Source: an uncultured Candidatus Peribacteria bacterium
GTDB taxonomy: Bacteria; Patescibacteriota; Gracilibacteria; Absconditabacterales; Absconditicoccaceae
Direction: 5' to 3'
DNA: 64,000 nucleotides
Assembly: GCA_964560855.1 (NCBI GenBank)
Contig: CAZLLU010000001.1
Span: 17,051 to 81,050, forward strand
Shown here: piece by piece, positions 10,713 through 20,893 of the stretch
Layout: every line of letters starts with the position of its first letter
Numbering within the stretch: position 1 is the first letter of the stretch
The notes under the pieces: generated by a model
Databases searched by the model: none
What the model was told of the DNA's origin: nothing
Seen by the model: only the letters and a program-made list of their open reading frames with translations
Translations under genes and position numbers: made by a program

Positions 10713-12437
10713 ATGGCTATCCGCAGATTACCTGAATATCTTATCAATAGGCTCAAAGCAGGGGAGATCGTTGAAAGACCTGCTTCTATCCTCAAAGAAT
10801 TAGTGGAAAATAGCTTGGACGCGTGAGCTACGCAGATCAAGATAGATATTCACGATGGCGGAAAATCACTTATCAGCGTAGAAGATAATGGCTCATGAAT
10901 AGAATTATCAGATATGGAACTCTTGTTCGAGAGATATGCGACTTCCAAAATCAATGGCGAACAAGATTTATTCAATCTTGTCAGCTACGGCTTCCGTGGA
11001 GAGGCATTGGCCAGTATTGCCGAAGTTAGCAAGACGACTATCATCTCCAAAACCGAATATAGCGAGATCGGGACCAAGATTACAAAAGTGTGAATGGATC
11101 CTATCGTGAAACATCAGCCGGTAGGGTTCGTCCATGGAACTATAGTTACCGTAGAGGACTTATTCTACAACGTGCCTGCAAGACTCAAATTTCTCAAATC
11201 ATCACAGACAGAATTCTTCTATTGCTACAACTACATCACCGATATCGCGATCATGCATCCCGACAAGGCATTCATTTTCAAAAAGAATGACAAAATCGTT
11301 TTTGATCTCCAGCCAAGAGCATCATTGATGGAAAGGATTCAGGATATCTACAAGAAAGATCGATCTCCACATATCAAGGAATTGCAGCATACGGCTGAGG
11401 AATTGTCGTTGTATGGAATTATCTGAAATTCACAGCTTCTGTTTTGATCAGCAGAGAATATCAAGATTTATGTGAATAAGAGGCCAGTCCAGGATAAGAT
11501 AATCAAGAAGGCATTGATGGATGCCTATTATAGGCAGATAGCACCGAACGAATATCCACTCGCATTGCTTATGATAGACGCGAAGCCGAGCTTTGTAGAC
11601 GTCAATGTGCATCCAAGGAAACTAGAAGTGAAATTTGCAGATTCCAGAAAAGTATATGATCTCATCTATTCCAATGTTATCAAGTCGCTGGGTGAACATA
11701 GGATTTCTACTATCAGTCAACAATTTTCCAGGATGGAAGTTTCGGCATCATCTACGCCGGTGGTCGAGCAAAATAGTATGTTCGGGGTAGAGGATTTTGC
11801 TACAGTAGCGCAACCAGCTGTTACGCAAGCAGTTTCGTTAGCTACAGAAACCCACGAACAGTTGCGAGACAAAGAGATTGGTGATTACAAAGTTATCGGG
11901 CAATTACGGAATTCCTATATATTAGTCGAATCGGCAGATTCGTTATTCTACATCGATCAGCATGCATTAGCAGAAAGGATTCTGTTCGAAAATATCAAGG
12001 CAGGAGTGAAAGATGGACATCAGTCAGAAATATTATTACAACCTATCACTATTGAAATAACAAACTTACCAAACATAGATCAGAAGCTAGATGAAATCAA
12101 TGCACTTGGATTCGATGTCTCTATGATTGGCGAGAATAAAGTCGCTATATATTCTGTTCCGCAGATTTTTTCCGTCTACAAAATCGATATGGAGAGCATA
12201 TTCAATCACATTCTCTATTTGGAAAAAATAACATTCGACCATATCTTGGATAAAATCTTCGCGACACATGCGTGCAAGGTTTCCATCAAGGCAGGGGATA
12301 GACTCTCACTGCCAGAGATGACGAATTTGGTGAAAGAAGGCTTATCTGCTATTTCCTGACTTTTTGTCTGTCAGCACGGCAGGCCGTTTTTCATCAAAAC
12401 ACCAAAGGGTGATATCGATAAATTCTTCGACAGATAA
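10713..12437 (+). CDS. mutL: DNA mismatch repair protein MutL
   Basis: GHKL motifs [18 protein letters not shown] and YGFRGEAL. C-terminal FVCQHGRPF. Six in-frame TGA join 10713.., 11094-11426 and 11472-12359, and the frame extends to a TAA at 12435-12437. Confidence 0.9.
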
Positions 12438-12541
12438 AAGCTCCCGTTGGTCGTGATAAATTGATAAAAGGTCCGCTTGGGCGGACCGATAAATATTTTG
12501 CGATAAAAAAAGTGGATGTAGAGGCGGATAGTATCCGCCTA
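12438..12541. repeat. REP-like cluster with five GATAAA words and two GC-rich palindromes
   Basis: GGTCCGCTTGGGCGGACC (12470-12487) and GGCGGATAGTATCCGCC (12523-12539). The second is near-identical to 46585-46601 (GGCGGATACTATCCGCC). Confidence 0.65.
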
Positions 12542-12820
12542 AATCAATATTGAAAGATTGTCGAAGAATACTTGTTTTCTATATCATCGATATATGAAAA
12601 TGTTTTTCTTGGGGATTTTGTTGTTATGCCGAATCATATCCATGTTATCATAGATATTGATAATGTAGGGGACGCTCACGAGCGTCCCTTACGTCCAAAG
12701 AAAAAATTTTTATCGTCGCTTATATGAGCATTCAAAGCTGTTTCTACAAAAAGAATACATGAAATGTGATTGAAAACGTTTAATATGATAAAAAAACCCG
12801 CATTTGCGGGTTTTTTCTAA
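12542..12820 (+). pseudogene. Relic of an IS200/RAYT-type (HUH, Y1) transposase gene
   Basis: The open frame reads NQYGKIVEEYLFSISSIYENVFLGDFVVMPNHIHVIIDIDNVGDAHERPL...LIGAFKAVSTKRIHEMGLKTF. The HUH motif (NHIHVI) is present. There is no start codon at the N-terminal end and the C-terminal catalytic Tyr region is missing. The frame runs into the nusA terminator. Confidence 0.55.
12791..12816. terminator. Bidirectional rho-independent terminator
   Basis: AAAAAACCCGCATTTGCGGGTTTTTT lies between the convergent transposase relic (+) and nusA (-). Confidence 0.8.
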
Positions 12821-12835
12821 GAAACTATTTTTTAT

Positions 12836-13864
12836 TTATCTAATCTCTATCTGGTATCCAGTAAGCTGCGTAGCCAACTTTACATTAGAAGCTCCTTTAC
12901 CGATAGCCAATGCTTTTTGGCTTTCATCCATTATGACGATGGCTTTGTTCTCATCCAATTCAACGCTGTTAATCTGCGCTGGCTTCAAACAGCTCTTGAT
13001 CAATTGGATTGGATCTTCCGTATCTTCGATGAAGTCTATCTTTTCTCCGTCGAGCAATGAAAGGACGGTATTGATTCTATCTCCCTTGCTTCCAACCATA
13101 ACTCCAACCGGATCGACTTTTTCCTCGTTAGAATAAACAATAATCTTAGTTCTCTTTCCAGGAATTCTTACTATTTTTTCTATACCGACAATACCTTCTT
13201 CAAGTTCTGGTACGATTTTTTTCAAAATTGCTTCGATATATTCTGTCGTAGATTGGGTGATTTCCAAGATAATACCACCTTGTCCTTTGGATATCTGTTT
13301 CAAGAGTACAAAGATCTCTTCTCCTGGTTCGTACATTCTATTTGGTATCTGTCCGTCTGGTTGCAAGACGACTGCTGTTCCTTCAATATCGAGGATGACG
13401 CTATCTGCATGGACTCTGATGACTCTCGCTTTCAAAAGCTCTCCCTGTTTGTTCTGGAATTTATCGTAGAATCTTTCTCTCTCGATTCCCTTTAAACTTT
13501 GCTTGATAGTCTGTGCAGCAGATTGCGCAGCAATCCTTGAAAGCTCCAAACTTTCAGGAGTAACGTCGATAAGAAGTTTTTCTCCCATAGTTACGTCTTT
13601 CCTGATTTTCTTAGCTTCTGGTAACGTAATCTGGATTTCATCGTCTTCTACATCATTCACTACTTCAAGCTCTCTATATATAGAAACGGTTCCATCATTT
13701 TCGATGTTTACAATGATTTCGGACTTCTTGTATTGAGGAAAGTCCTTTTTGAATCCGGATTTGATACCGGCTTTTACGATCTCCAAGACTTGATATGGGT
13801 CGAATTTGTAATCATCTACAAGCGCCATAATCGCTGCTTGGATGCTTTTACCGTCTAATCTCAT
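12836..13864 (-). CDS. nusA: Transcription termination/antitermination factor NusA
   Basis: Uninterrupted 342-aa ORF with S1 and KH regions (GELLKARVIRVHADSVILDIEG, GVMVGSKGDRINTV, AIGKGASNVKLATQLTG). TAA stop. Confidence 0.95.
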   Translation of the reverse strand: MRLDGKSIQAAIMALVDDYKFDPYQVLEIVKAGIKSGFKKDFPQYKKSEIIVNIENDGTVSIYRELEVVNDVEDDEIQITLPEAKKIRKDVTMGEKLLIDVTPESLELSRIAAQSAAQTIKQSLKGIERERFYDKFQNKQGELLKARVIRVHADSVILDIEGTAVVLQPDGQIPNRMYEPGEEIFVLLKQISKGQGGIILEITQSTTEYIEAILKKIVPELEEGIVGIEKIVRIPGKRTKIIVYSNEEKVDPVGVMVGSKGDRINTVLSLLDGEKIDFIEDTEDPIQLIKSCLKPAQINSVELDENKAIVIMDESQKALAIGKGASNVKLATQLTGYQIEIR

Positions 13865-13947
13865 TTTATTTTTTGGATAAAATAAAAATAGGATAATCTT
13901 ATTATCCTATACTGAAGGTAGTCTTTTGGACCCGGTTTGCAAGGGTA

Positions 13948-15258
13948 TTATATTTTCTCCAGCAAATCCGTCACGATGCTATTATACACATTCATCCCTT
14001 CATCCGTAAGTTGCAATTTCTTCCCATCAAAATCAACTAATCCTGCTCATTCGTAATTTGTAATTAGTACTTTGTAATTGGGGACTAAAACTGACGTAAA
14101 TTTCGAAATATCTCAAATACCCTCGCGTGTTCTCAATCTGAGGAAAAAATCTTCTATTAATATATCTGACTCATTCAATACTTGGACTTCTTTTTCATCG
14201 ACCCGATTTCATTGGAGATAGTCTTGCATATTGGCGGTGTTGGTTCGACGAAGACCGAAAGAGGCAAGGGAGGAAATGAGCAAAGGAGGAAAAGAGGAAA
14301 TTAATTTGTCATTGGTCATTAGTCATTGGTCATTGAAGAACGACGCTGCTGATAAGCCTAGTCATAAATAGTTCTCCCTATGCCAGTAGGCCATATTGTG
14401 AACTGAAGCTTTGCTGGCATGAGCAAAATTAGAGATTTCATATCTCTGGTATCCAGCGTCTTCGATATATGCTTTCAATATCTGAAATTCTTCCATGATC
14501 TCATCGTCACTACCATGATATGATGGATTAGACGGGTTGGATGGATTAGACGGGTTGGATGGGTTGGATGGGATAGGTCCTGTTTTATCTATTCCATCGC
14601 TCTTGTCTTTGAGTCATTCGAGCGTATAGAGAGATATGCTGTCGGCGAGTCCGCTATTCAAAAAGTCGTTCAGAAAATTGCGCTTGAATTCATGTCGGAG
14701 TTGTTTGAATCCGTTTTTGCTGACTTGGAATTTACCGAAGGCGATGAAGTCAAAATTGAAGACGGTGTTCTCCTTTTTGTGTTTCATGAGCTGTCTCAAA
14801 AACTCCGCAATCTGCGTAAAATTATACGCCCTTCATGTCCGTTGCAACACTTCATCGTCGAAACTTTGGATACCGAAACTGAATCTCACTCTTGGGAAAT
14901 CCTTATATTTTTTGTTGATAGTATCTACGAAATGCAGGACTTCGTCCATCGGATTTGGATTGAGTTCTATACTCAGTTCTGCAATATTTTCAAAATTGAA
15001 CTTTCCTTTGAGGTAATCTATGATATCGATGATCCTGTCGACGCCGATTCTGCTCGGAGTTCATCATCAGATATAAAGTGTTTTGATTTCTTTATCGGTA
15101 AGTTTTTCTGCATAATAATCTATTTCTTTTTTTAATGCTTCGACATAATTCGTAATTTGTAATTCGTGATTTTCCAATTGGGAAATCGGCATGCTATTGA
15201 ACGAGCAATAGGCACATTTACTGGCGCAGAATGGTATGTGGACATAAAGACTTAACAT
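13948..15258 (-). CDS. hemW: Radical-SAM heme chaperone HemW / HemN-like
   Basis: HIPFCASKCAYCSF radical-SAM motif, then YEISNFAHASKASVHNMAYWHRENYL-G-LGLSAAS. The whole frame was checked from 15258 to the TAA at 13948-13950 and only TGA interrupts it. Confidence 0.85.
14522..14575. repeat. Six tandem 9-nt units inside hemW encoding (PSN)6
   Basis: GATGGATTA GACGGGTTG GATGGATTA GACGGGTTG GATGGGTTG GATGGGATA. This is 54 nt, in frame, and translates on the minus strand as PIPSNPSNPSNPSNPSNPS. Confidence 0.9.
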
Positions 15259-15373
15259 AACTAATAATGAATAGTGAAAAATGAAAAATGTAGGATTCGC
15301 TAAAATTAATAGACTATTGTGATTTTACAATAGGTAATAAATATGCAGTACCAACGTTATTTATTGTTAATTG

Positions 15374-16255
15374 TTAATTGGATCTCGATATATCGAGTCC
15401 TTCGGCGTATTCGAACTTGCCGAGTTTGGATCAGATTTTATCTTTTTTGCAATATTCTTTGTAATCAAGGACTTTTTGTTTTTTCACATCCAATGGCTCT
15501 TTGGACATCATGCCTGGGCCACCGATACATCATCATTCGCAGGCGAGGATGTCGAGGAACTTAATATTTTTATTGTTTTTGAACTCTTGGATGCCCGCAT
15601 CTATTTGTGTAGGACCGTCGATTACGAGTATCTGATCTTTTGTTAAAATGCCCTTGTAATGCATACTATCTGCTACTCATCCAGCAAGTGGATAAACTTT
15701 GGTGTAGTCGTTGTAGAAGTGATCAAAATCAGGAGTACCATCTTCAGTAACCGAGAAAGTAAATTCTTCTGGCTTGATATTATTCTCTTTGTTGTAGTCG
15801 AGAATATCCTGAAGTTCTTTGAAAGTGATAGCATAATCGATGCCATATTGTTTTGCTTCCAGCTTCTTTGCTAAGCATGGCCCGATAAAGAGCGTCTTCC
15901 ATTCGGGACCATATTGTTTTTTGACGAACCTATGCATGACGACCATAGGTGATGAAACATTGATGATATGTTCTTTGAGCTCAGGATATTTCGCATTGAT
16001 CATCATGACGATGGTAGGACAATTAGGACAGATATATTGTTTATCAGGATTCTCTTTCAGAATTTTCTCATATTCCATATTGATCAGTTTCGCAGCATAG
16101 GTGAGTTCAACAACATTTTCGCAGCCGATTTTTTTGAGATCGATGATGATCTCTGGATATGCAAAATCCACTGGGAAACTCGGCGCCAATAGTCAGATGA
16201 CCTTTTCTTTCCTTAGTGCATCCGCAATACTTTGGAGCTCGGGAGTGAAAACCAT
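15374..16255 (-). CDS. [FeFe]-hydrogenase large-subunit C-terminal (H-cluster) domain-like protein, 293 aa
   Basis: IGPCLAKKLE resembles the MPCxxKxxE motif. DILACE-GG-CIGGPG resembles the CxxGCxxGGG motif, with both Gly encoded by TGA at 15530-15535. ICPNCPT occupies the place of TSCCP. TAA stop at 15374-15376. Confidence 0.6.
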
Positions 16256-16390
16256 GGAAAATAATTTACATATATAAAACGGACGAATTTCCCGCTTGAG
16301 CAGGAAGACCAAAAGTAGACTAATGGTAGCTGCATCACAGCAATTTTTAGGCAATCTTTTGTCTATCTTTTGTCTATCTTTCAGCTATCG

Positions 16391-17734
16391 TTATAAAGTA
16401 TATACGATTTTATCGCCAATTTCCAACTCCTTTTTCTCGTCGAACATCGCTACGATATTTTTCACAGGTATTTCATCTACATCATCAATTTCTGGACAAT
16501 TCAGCCATGGCCTGACTATGAGTTCAGAGTTCTGAGTTCAGGGTTTAGAATAGATTTCTGTAATGTAGCCGACGTCTTGCGTTCACTTTCTCGCTGATTC
16601 TCTTTCGAACAATTGTTTATTTACTAGCTGTCTGATCTTGGTGAATCTCGTTCTAATTTCAGCGTCATCGACTTTATTCGATAATTTACTGGAAGCTGCC
16701 AATGGCTCATCGTGGTATTCAAAAAGAGCGATATTGTCGAATTTCGTTTCCTTTACAAATTCCAAAAGTTTCTCGAAATCCTGCTTCGTCTCGCCGGGAA
16801 ATCCGATGATCAAATTCGTTCTTACAAATCTGATCGGAAAGGAATCTTTAATCTGAGAAATAAAATTTTTGATATAATTTTCGTCGTAGAATCTGCCCAT
16901 TCTTTTTAGTATATTCGAACTTATATGTTGTAATGGGATATCGAAATACGGGATAAACTTTTTTAATTTTTTCATCTCTTTGATCTGTTCCAGTGTCACA
17001 ATATCGGGATAGAGGTAGAGGAGTCTATAGGTAAAATCTCATTTTAGCTTATCCAACTTTTTCAATAGTTCCAAAAGTTTTGGCTCACCATACAAATCGG
17101 TACCATATCTTGTGGTGTCTTGCGCTATCAAAATAATTTCCTGAATGCCGTTTGCGTTCATCTGTTTCGCCTCGTTCAAGACTTTTTCCATCGCGAGAGA
17201 TTGCTGTTTTCCTCTAATCGCTGGGATGATACAGAAGGTGCAATGATTATCACAACCTTCGGCAATTTTTAAATATTCATATTTCTGATCAATGTTCGTG
17301 TACACTCTCGGTGTCGTCGGAAATTCAAATTCACCATATACCTTGCTCTCATATCATTTCAATAATTCTTTGATACTGACCTTGTTCATATCTCATCGGG
17401 AAAGGTAATGAATTAACTGATTGACAGCTTTAGACTTTAAACTTTGAGCTTTAAGCTTTTTGTAGTATTGCACGGCGCAACCCATAAGATAGACGGTTTT
17501 TTTTGCTTTCAATAACTGCTTCACTGTTGCATCGGCTTCTTCTCTGCCGGAGGAAATAAATCCACAAGTATTCACAAAAACATAATTCGCATCTTTATCA
17601 AACGGATCAGCGAAATAGTTTATCTGATAGTCGTGCGACTTCATGCTCATATCGAATATCCTACCCAAAAAATGCTGGCTATCGACCAGATTTTTGGTAC
17701 ATCAGAGATTTATAAGGGAAAAATTAAATTCCAT
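16391..17734 (-). CDS. rimO: Ribosomal protein S12 methylthiotransferase RimO (MiaB-family radical SAM)
   Basis: INL-G-CTKNLVDSQ, AEGCDNHCTFCIIPAIRG and a C-terminal TRAM-like segment. ORFs 17393-17668, 17039-17305 and 16583-16999 share one frame. TAA stop at 16391-16393. Confidence 0.85.
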
Positions 17735-17893
17735 ATTTCACAAATAAATAATGGGTAAATATAAATTAACAAACCCCCTAAATACCCCTTGACAGGGGGA
17801 CTTAAAGGAAAAAATATTTATTTTATAAATTTTCCTTTGGCATCCCTGTTAAGGGAGGTCGGGTGGGTTTGTTAAAATTTCAAATTATTTTTT

Positions 17894-19447
17894 TTACTCA
17901 TTACTAAATACTTCTTCAACTCCATCTTTTAGATTATATCACTGCATAAACTCCTTGAGATGAGGCTTTTGTTTGAGTAGCTTTTCAATGCTCATGATCA
18001 GCGAATCATAATCTCCTGATTTCGGATAGACGTAGGTAATTGGGTCTAATAATCATGTTGGTCTAATTATTTGCTCGACAACCTTGTCGGAAAGATTCAT
18101 TTCATATTCCGCTGGCGTAGCCGATAGAAAGATAGATTTAGCATCTTTTTTGTGCTTTTTGACCAGTGTGAGCATCTGATTTTCTCCACGAGCGGCTTTC
18201 ATATTTTTGTACTTATTGTAGATCTCGATATGGGTATTCGAGACGTTTGCATCGAGGTCGAACGCTTGGTCTGGCATAATATTTTCCATATCGACCCGAC
18301 CCAAAATCCCTTCTAACTCCTCAAATCTCAATGGTCTGTGATCGACCGCAGAGGGGAGTCTAAATCAGTATTTTATCAAATTTGTTTTTCTAGCTCTATC
18401 GCCTCCTGGCATAGCTCTTAGTTGTGGTAAGGTCATATGCGATTCATCGACGATGAGGAGAAAATCATCCGGAAAATAATCGAAAATCGTGTTCGGAGGC
18501 TGTCACGGTAATCTGTTGTCAAAATATAAGGAATAATTTTCAATTCCATTCACAAATCCTGTCTCCTTGATCATCCTGATATCGTATTCCACTCTTTTCT
18601 TAATTCTCTCAGCCTCTACCAACATTCCCTGTTTTTCAAATTCTTTGACTCTGAGCTCTTTCTCGGCATTCATCTGTTCGAGAATGGTATCCAGATCGGA
18701 GATATCTTGCAAAAATTGCGTTGCTGGCCGGATGCTGACTTTTGTTTTATTTCCATGCGACTCGAATGTTACGGAATCTTTCATTTCTATAATTTCGAGT
18801 TTTTCTTCGTTGAAATGCATTCTGTAGACAAACTTTTCCGTACTGGAAAAGATATCCAGAACGTCCCCCTTGAATTCAAACATACCATGTTCTATCTTCG
18901 CTACGATTGGTTTGTACTGCATGCGAAGCAATTGCTTTTTCAATTCTTTGAAATCATATTCTTGACCGACTTCCAGCTGCAGACAGTTCTCTTCAAAGAA
19001 TCTCTTCTGTCCTAATCCGTAGAGTGACGATGCAGACGCTACTACGATAACATCTTTTCTAGTGAGTAATGATGCCATGGTTGCAAGCCTGTACATCTCG
19101 ATCTCTTGGTTGATGGTTGCTTCTTTCTCGATATATACTCCTTGGTCTGGTAAATAACTTTCTGGCTGATAATAATCAAAGTAAGAGACAAAGTAATGGA
19201 CGGCGTTATTCGGAAAAAAATACTTGAATTCTGTCGCAAGCTGCGCCGCCAAGGTTTTATTGTGCGATATGATTAATGTCGGTTTCTGTATGCTTTGGAT
19301 GATGTTTGCCATGGTAAAGGTCTTTCCCGTACCAGTCGCTCAGAGGAGAGTGATCTTCTTTTTGCCACTTTCGAAGGTCTTCATAATCTGCTCGATAGCT
19401 TGTGGTTGATCTCATCCTGGCTTATAATTCGATTGCAACTGAAACAT
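17894..19447 (-). CDS. uvrB: Excinuclease ABC subunit B, C-terminally truncated (517 aa)
   Basis: [53 protein letters not shown] and IIRPT-G-LLDP. The frame ends at a TAA (17894-17896) about 50 aa after RPTGLLDP. Confidence 0.85.
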
Positions 19448-19668
19448 ATAAATTAATTAAGAATTAAGAATAATAAAGCAGAGAGTTTAAAGCTTCAAGT
19501 TGTTCTTTAGATTATATTGTAACTTTAAGCTTGAGACTTTGAACTTTACACTAATAGAATATAGGAAATTCAGTCGTGAATTCCACAGGTAAATAGGATA
19601 GTGATAAAATGCTTCTTATTGATATTTGTCTATATGTCAGTATAAGGATATAACTAAAAACAAAAAAT

Positions 19669-19881
19669 ATGAAAAAGACTAATAGGAAAAGGTATGTTCG
19701 TGTATATACGAGCCAAAAAAAGAGGAAAGTAAAAAAAGAAAACGATGAAAACAGAAAAACGGAAAGAAGAATACCTGATCGTATTCACAATGAAATTGTG
19801 GGAGAGTTTTCTATGTACGGTATGACCGTGCGTTATTGATTAAATAATCCGTATTTTATAATAAGTGCGGATTTTTTTTAA
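19669..19881 (+). CDS. Small very basic hypothetical protein (70 aa under table 25)
   Basis: MKKTNRKRYVRVYTSQKKRKVKKENDENRKTERR... There is a TGA at 19837-19839, then a hairpin (AATCCG..CGGATT followed by a T-run), and a TAA at 19879-19881. Confidence 0.3.
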
Positions 19882-19914
19882 TCTAATAATATACTAGGAA
19901 TACTAAGATATGAA

Positions 19915-20045
19915 AAAAACCCGCCTAAGCGAGTTTTTTCACCCCTGCGAAGCAGGGATATGATAAGCATGGTTATGCTTCAACTTTAAGACGTAATATC
20001 CGCCCAGGCGGATGACAAATGCTTCGCGCTTCAATACTGCTTAAT
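19915..20045. repeat. REP-like cluster of GC-rich hairpins
   Basis: CCCTGCGAAGCAGGG, AAGCATGGTTATGCTT, TCCGCCCAGGCGGA. It also carries AAATGCTTCGCG, which is shared with 6546-6557. Confidence 0.6.
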
Positions 20046-20101
20046 AATAGCTGTATCATAGCGGATTTTTGGCAATTTTTAGTCAATTATTCGTCTGTCA
20101 T

Positions 20102-20749
20102 TTAGTCTTTAAATTTTTCTTTCAATCTCTTGATAGTCTCGGCTCTCTTTGCTTGTTTAGCTGCTTCTCTTTCTGCTGCTATCTCTTCTCTGGTTTTTTT
20201 GACCTTTACATCTTCTTCTGCTTCTTCTTTTTTAGCTCACTTCTTGTTCTTAGCTAATTTTTCAGCTTCTTCAGGATCTTGCTCTATTTTTACGATAACT
20301 TCTTTTTTGAGCTCTTTATACATAAATGGAACAGTGAAGCTTCCAAGTGCAGCAATCTTTTTCTTGAATTTGAAATAATGTGGCTCTATCTCAGCTCCAT
20401 AGATTTCATTAATTTTGGCCGCGATATCGTTTTCGTCGACTTTCGCGTAGAGTGTTCCGTCAGCGTTTGCTTTTCTAACGAGGGTTATTCCTTCGTCGTT
20501 GTGGAGCTTGACGAACAAATCTTCTAGTCCGTGTGCTTTTTTCTCTCTATCGACTTCAGCAGCCTTCATCTTCTGAGCAAACTTGTTTTTGTTCATAGAA
20601 TCTGCCAATACGGCGATATTTTTCGGTAAGAGGACGTTCCTTGCATAAATAGGTTTTACTTTGACAATCTCGAACTTTTCTCCGAGGTGTTTGTCGCTCT
20701 GTAAGAGAATGACGTCTATCACCTTGTTCTCTGTTTTTCTCTTTGGCAT
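20102..20749 (-). CDS. rplI: 50S ribosomal protein L9 with Lys/Glu-rich C-terminal extension
   Basis: VILLQSDKHLGEKFEIVKVKPIYARNVLLP. ORF 20237-20749 continues through the TGA at 20237-20239 (AKKEEAEEDVKVKK...KEKFKD) to a TAA at 20102-20104. Confidence 0.85.
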
Positions 20750-20893
20750 TATGATAAACTAATGATTAAAAACTAACAAAAAAATTAAGCGAGAGAATAT
20801 ATACGGATTCTAGTGGCAATTTCAAATGAAAATATATATGAGATTTTTTGCAAAATATAGAAAAATGTATATAATAGAGATAATTTATTCTAT

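Noticed and set aside
12791-12816. The hairpin CCCGCATTTGCGGG as another REP element
   Set aside because: It is flanked by A- and T-runs and sits between convergent gene ends, so it behaves as an ordinary bidirectional terminator. The same applies to the hairpins at 22256, 37773, 49594 and 59822.
14461-14590. Suspected frameshift in hemW at the 9-nt tandem repeat
   Set aside because: This was my own transcription slip. Re-reading the line shows the repeat is 54 nt long and the frame runs uninterrupted from 15258 to the TAA at 13948.
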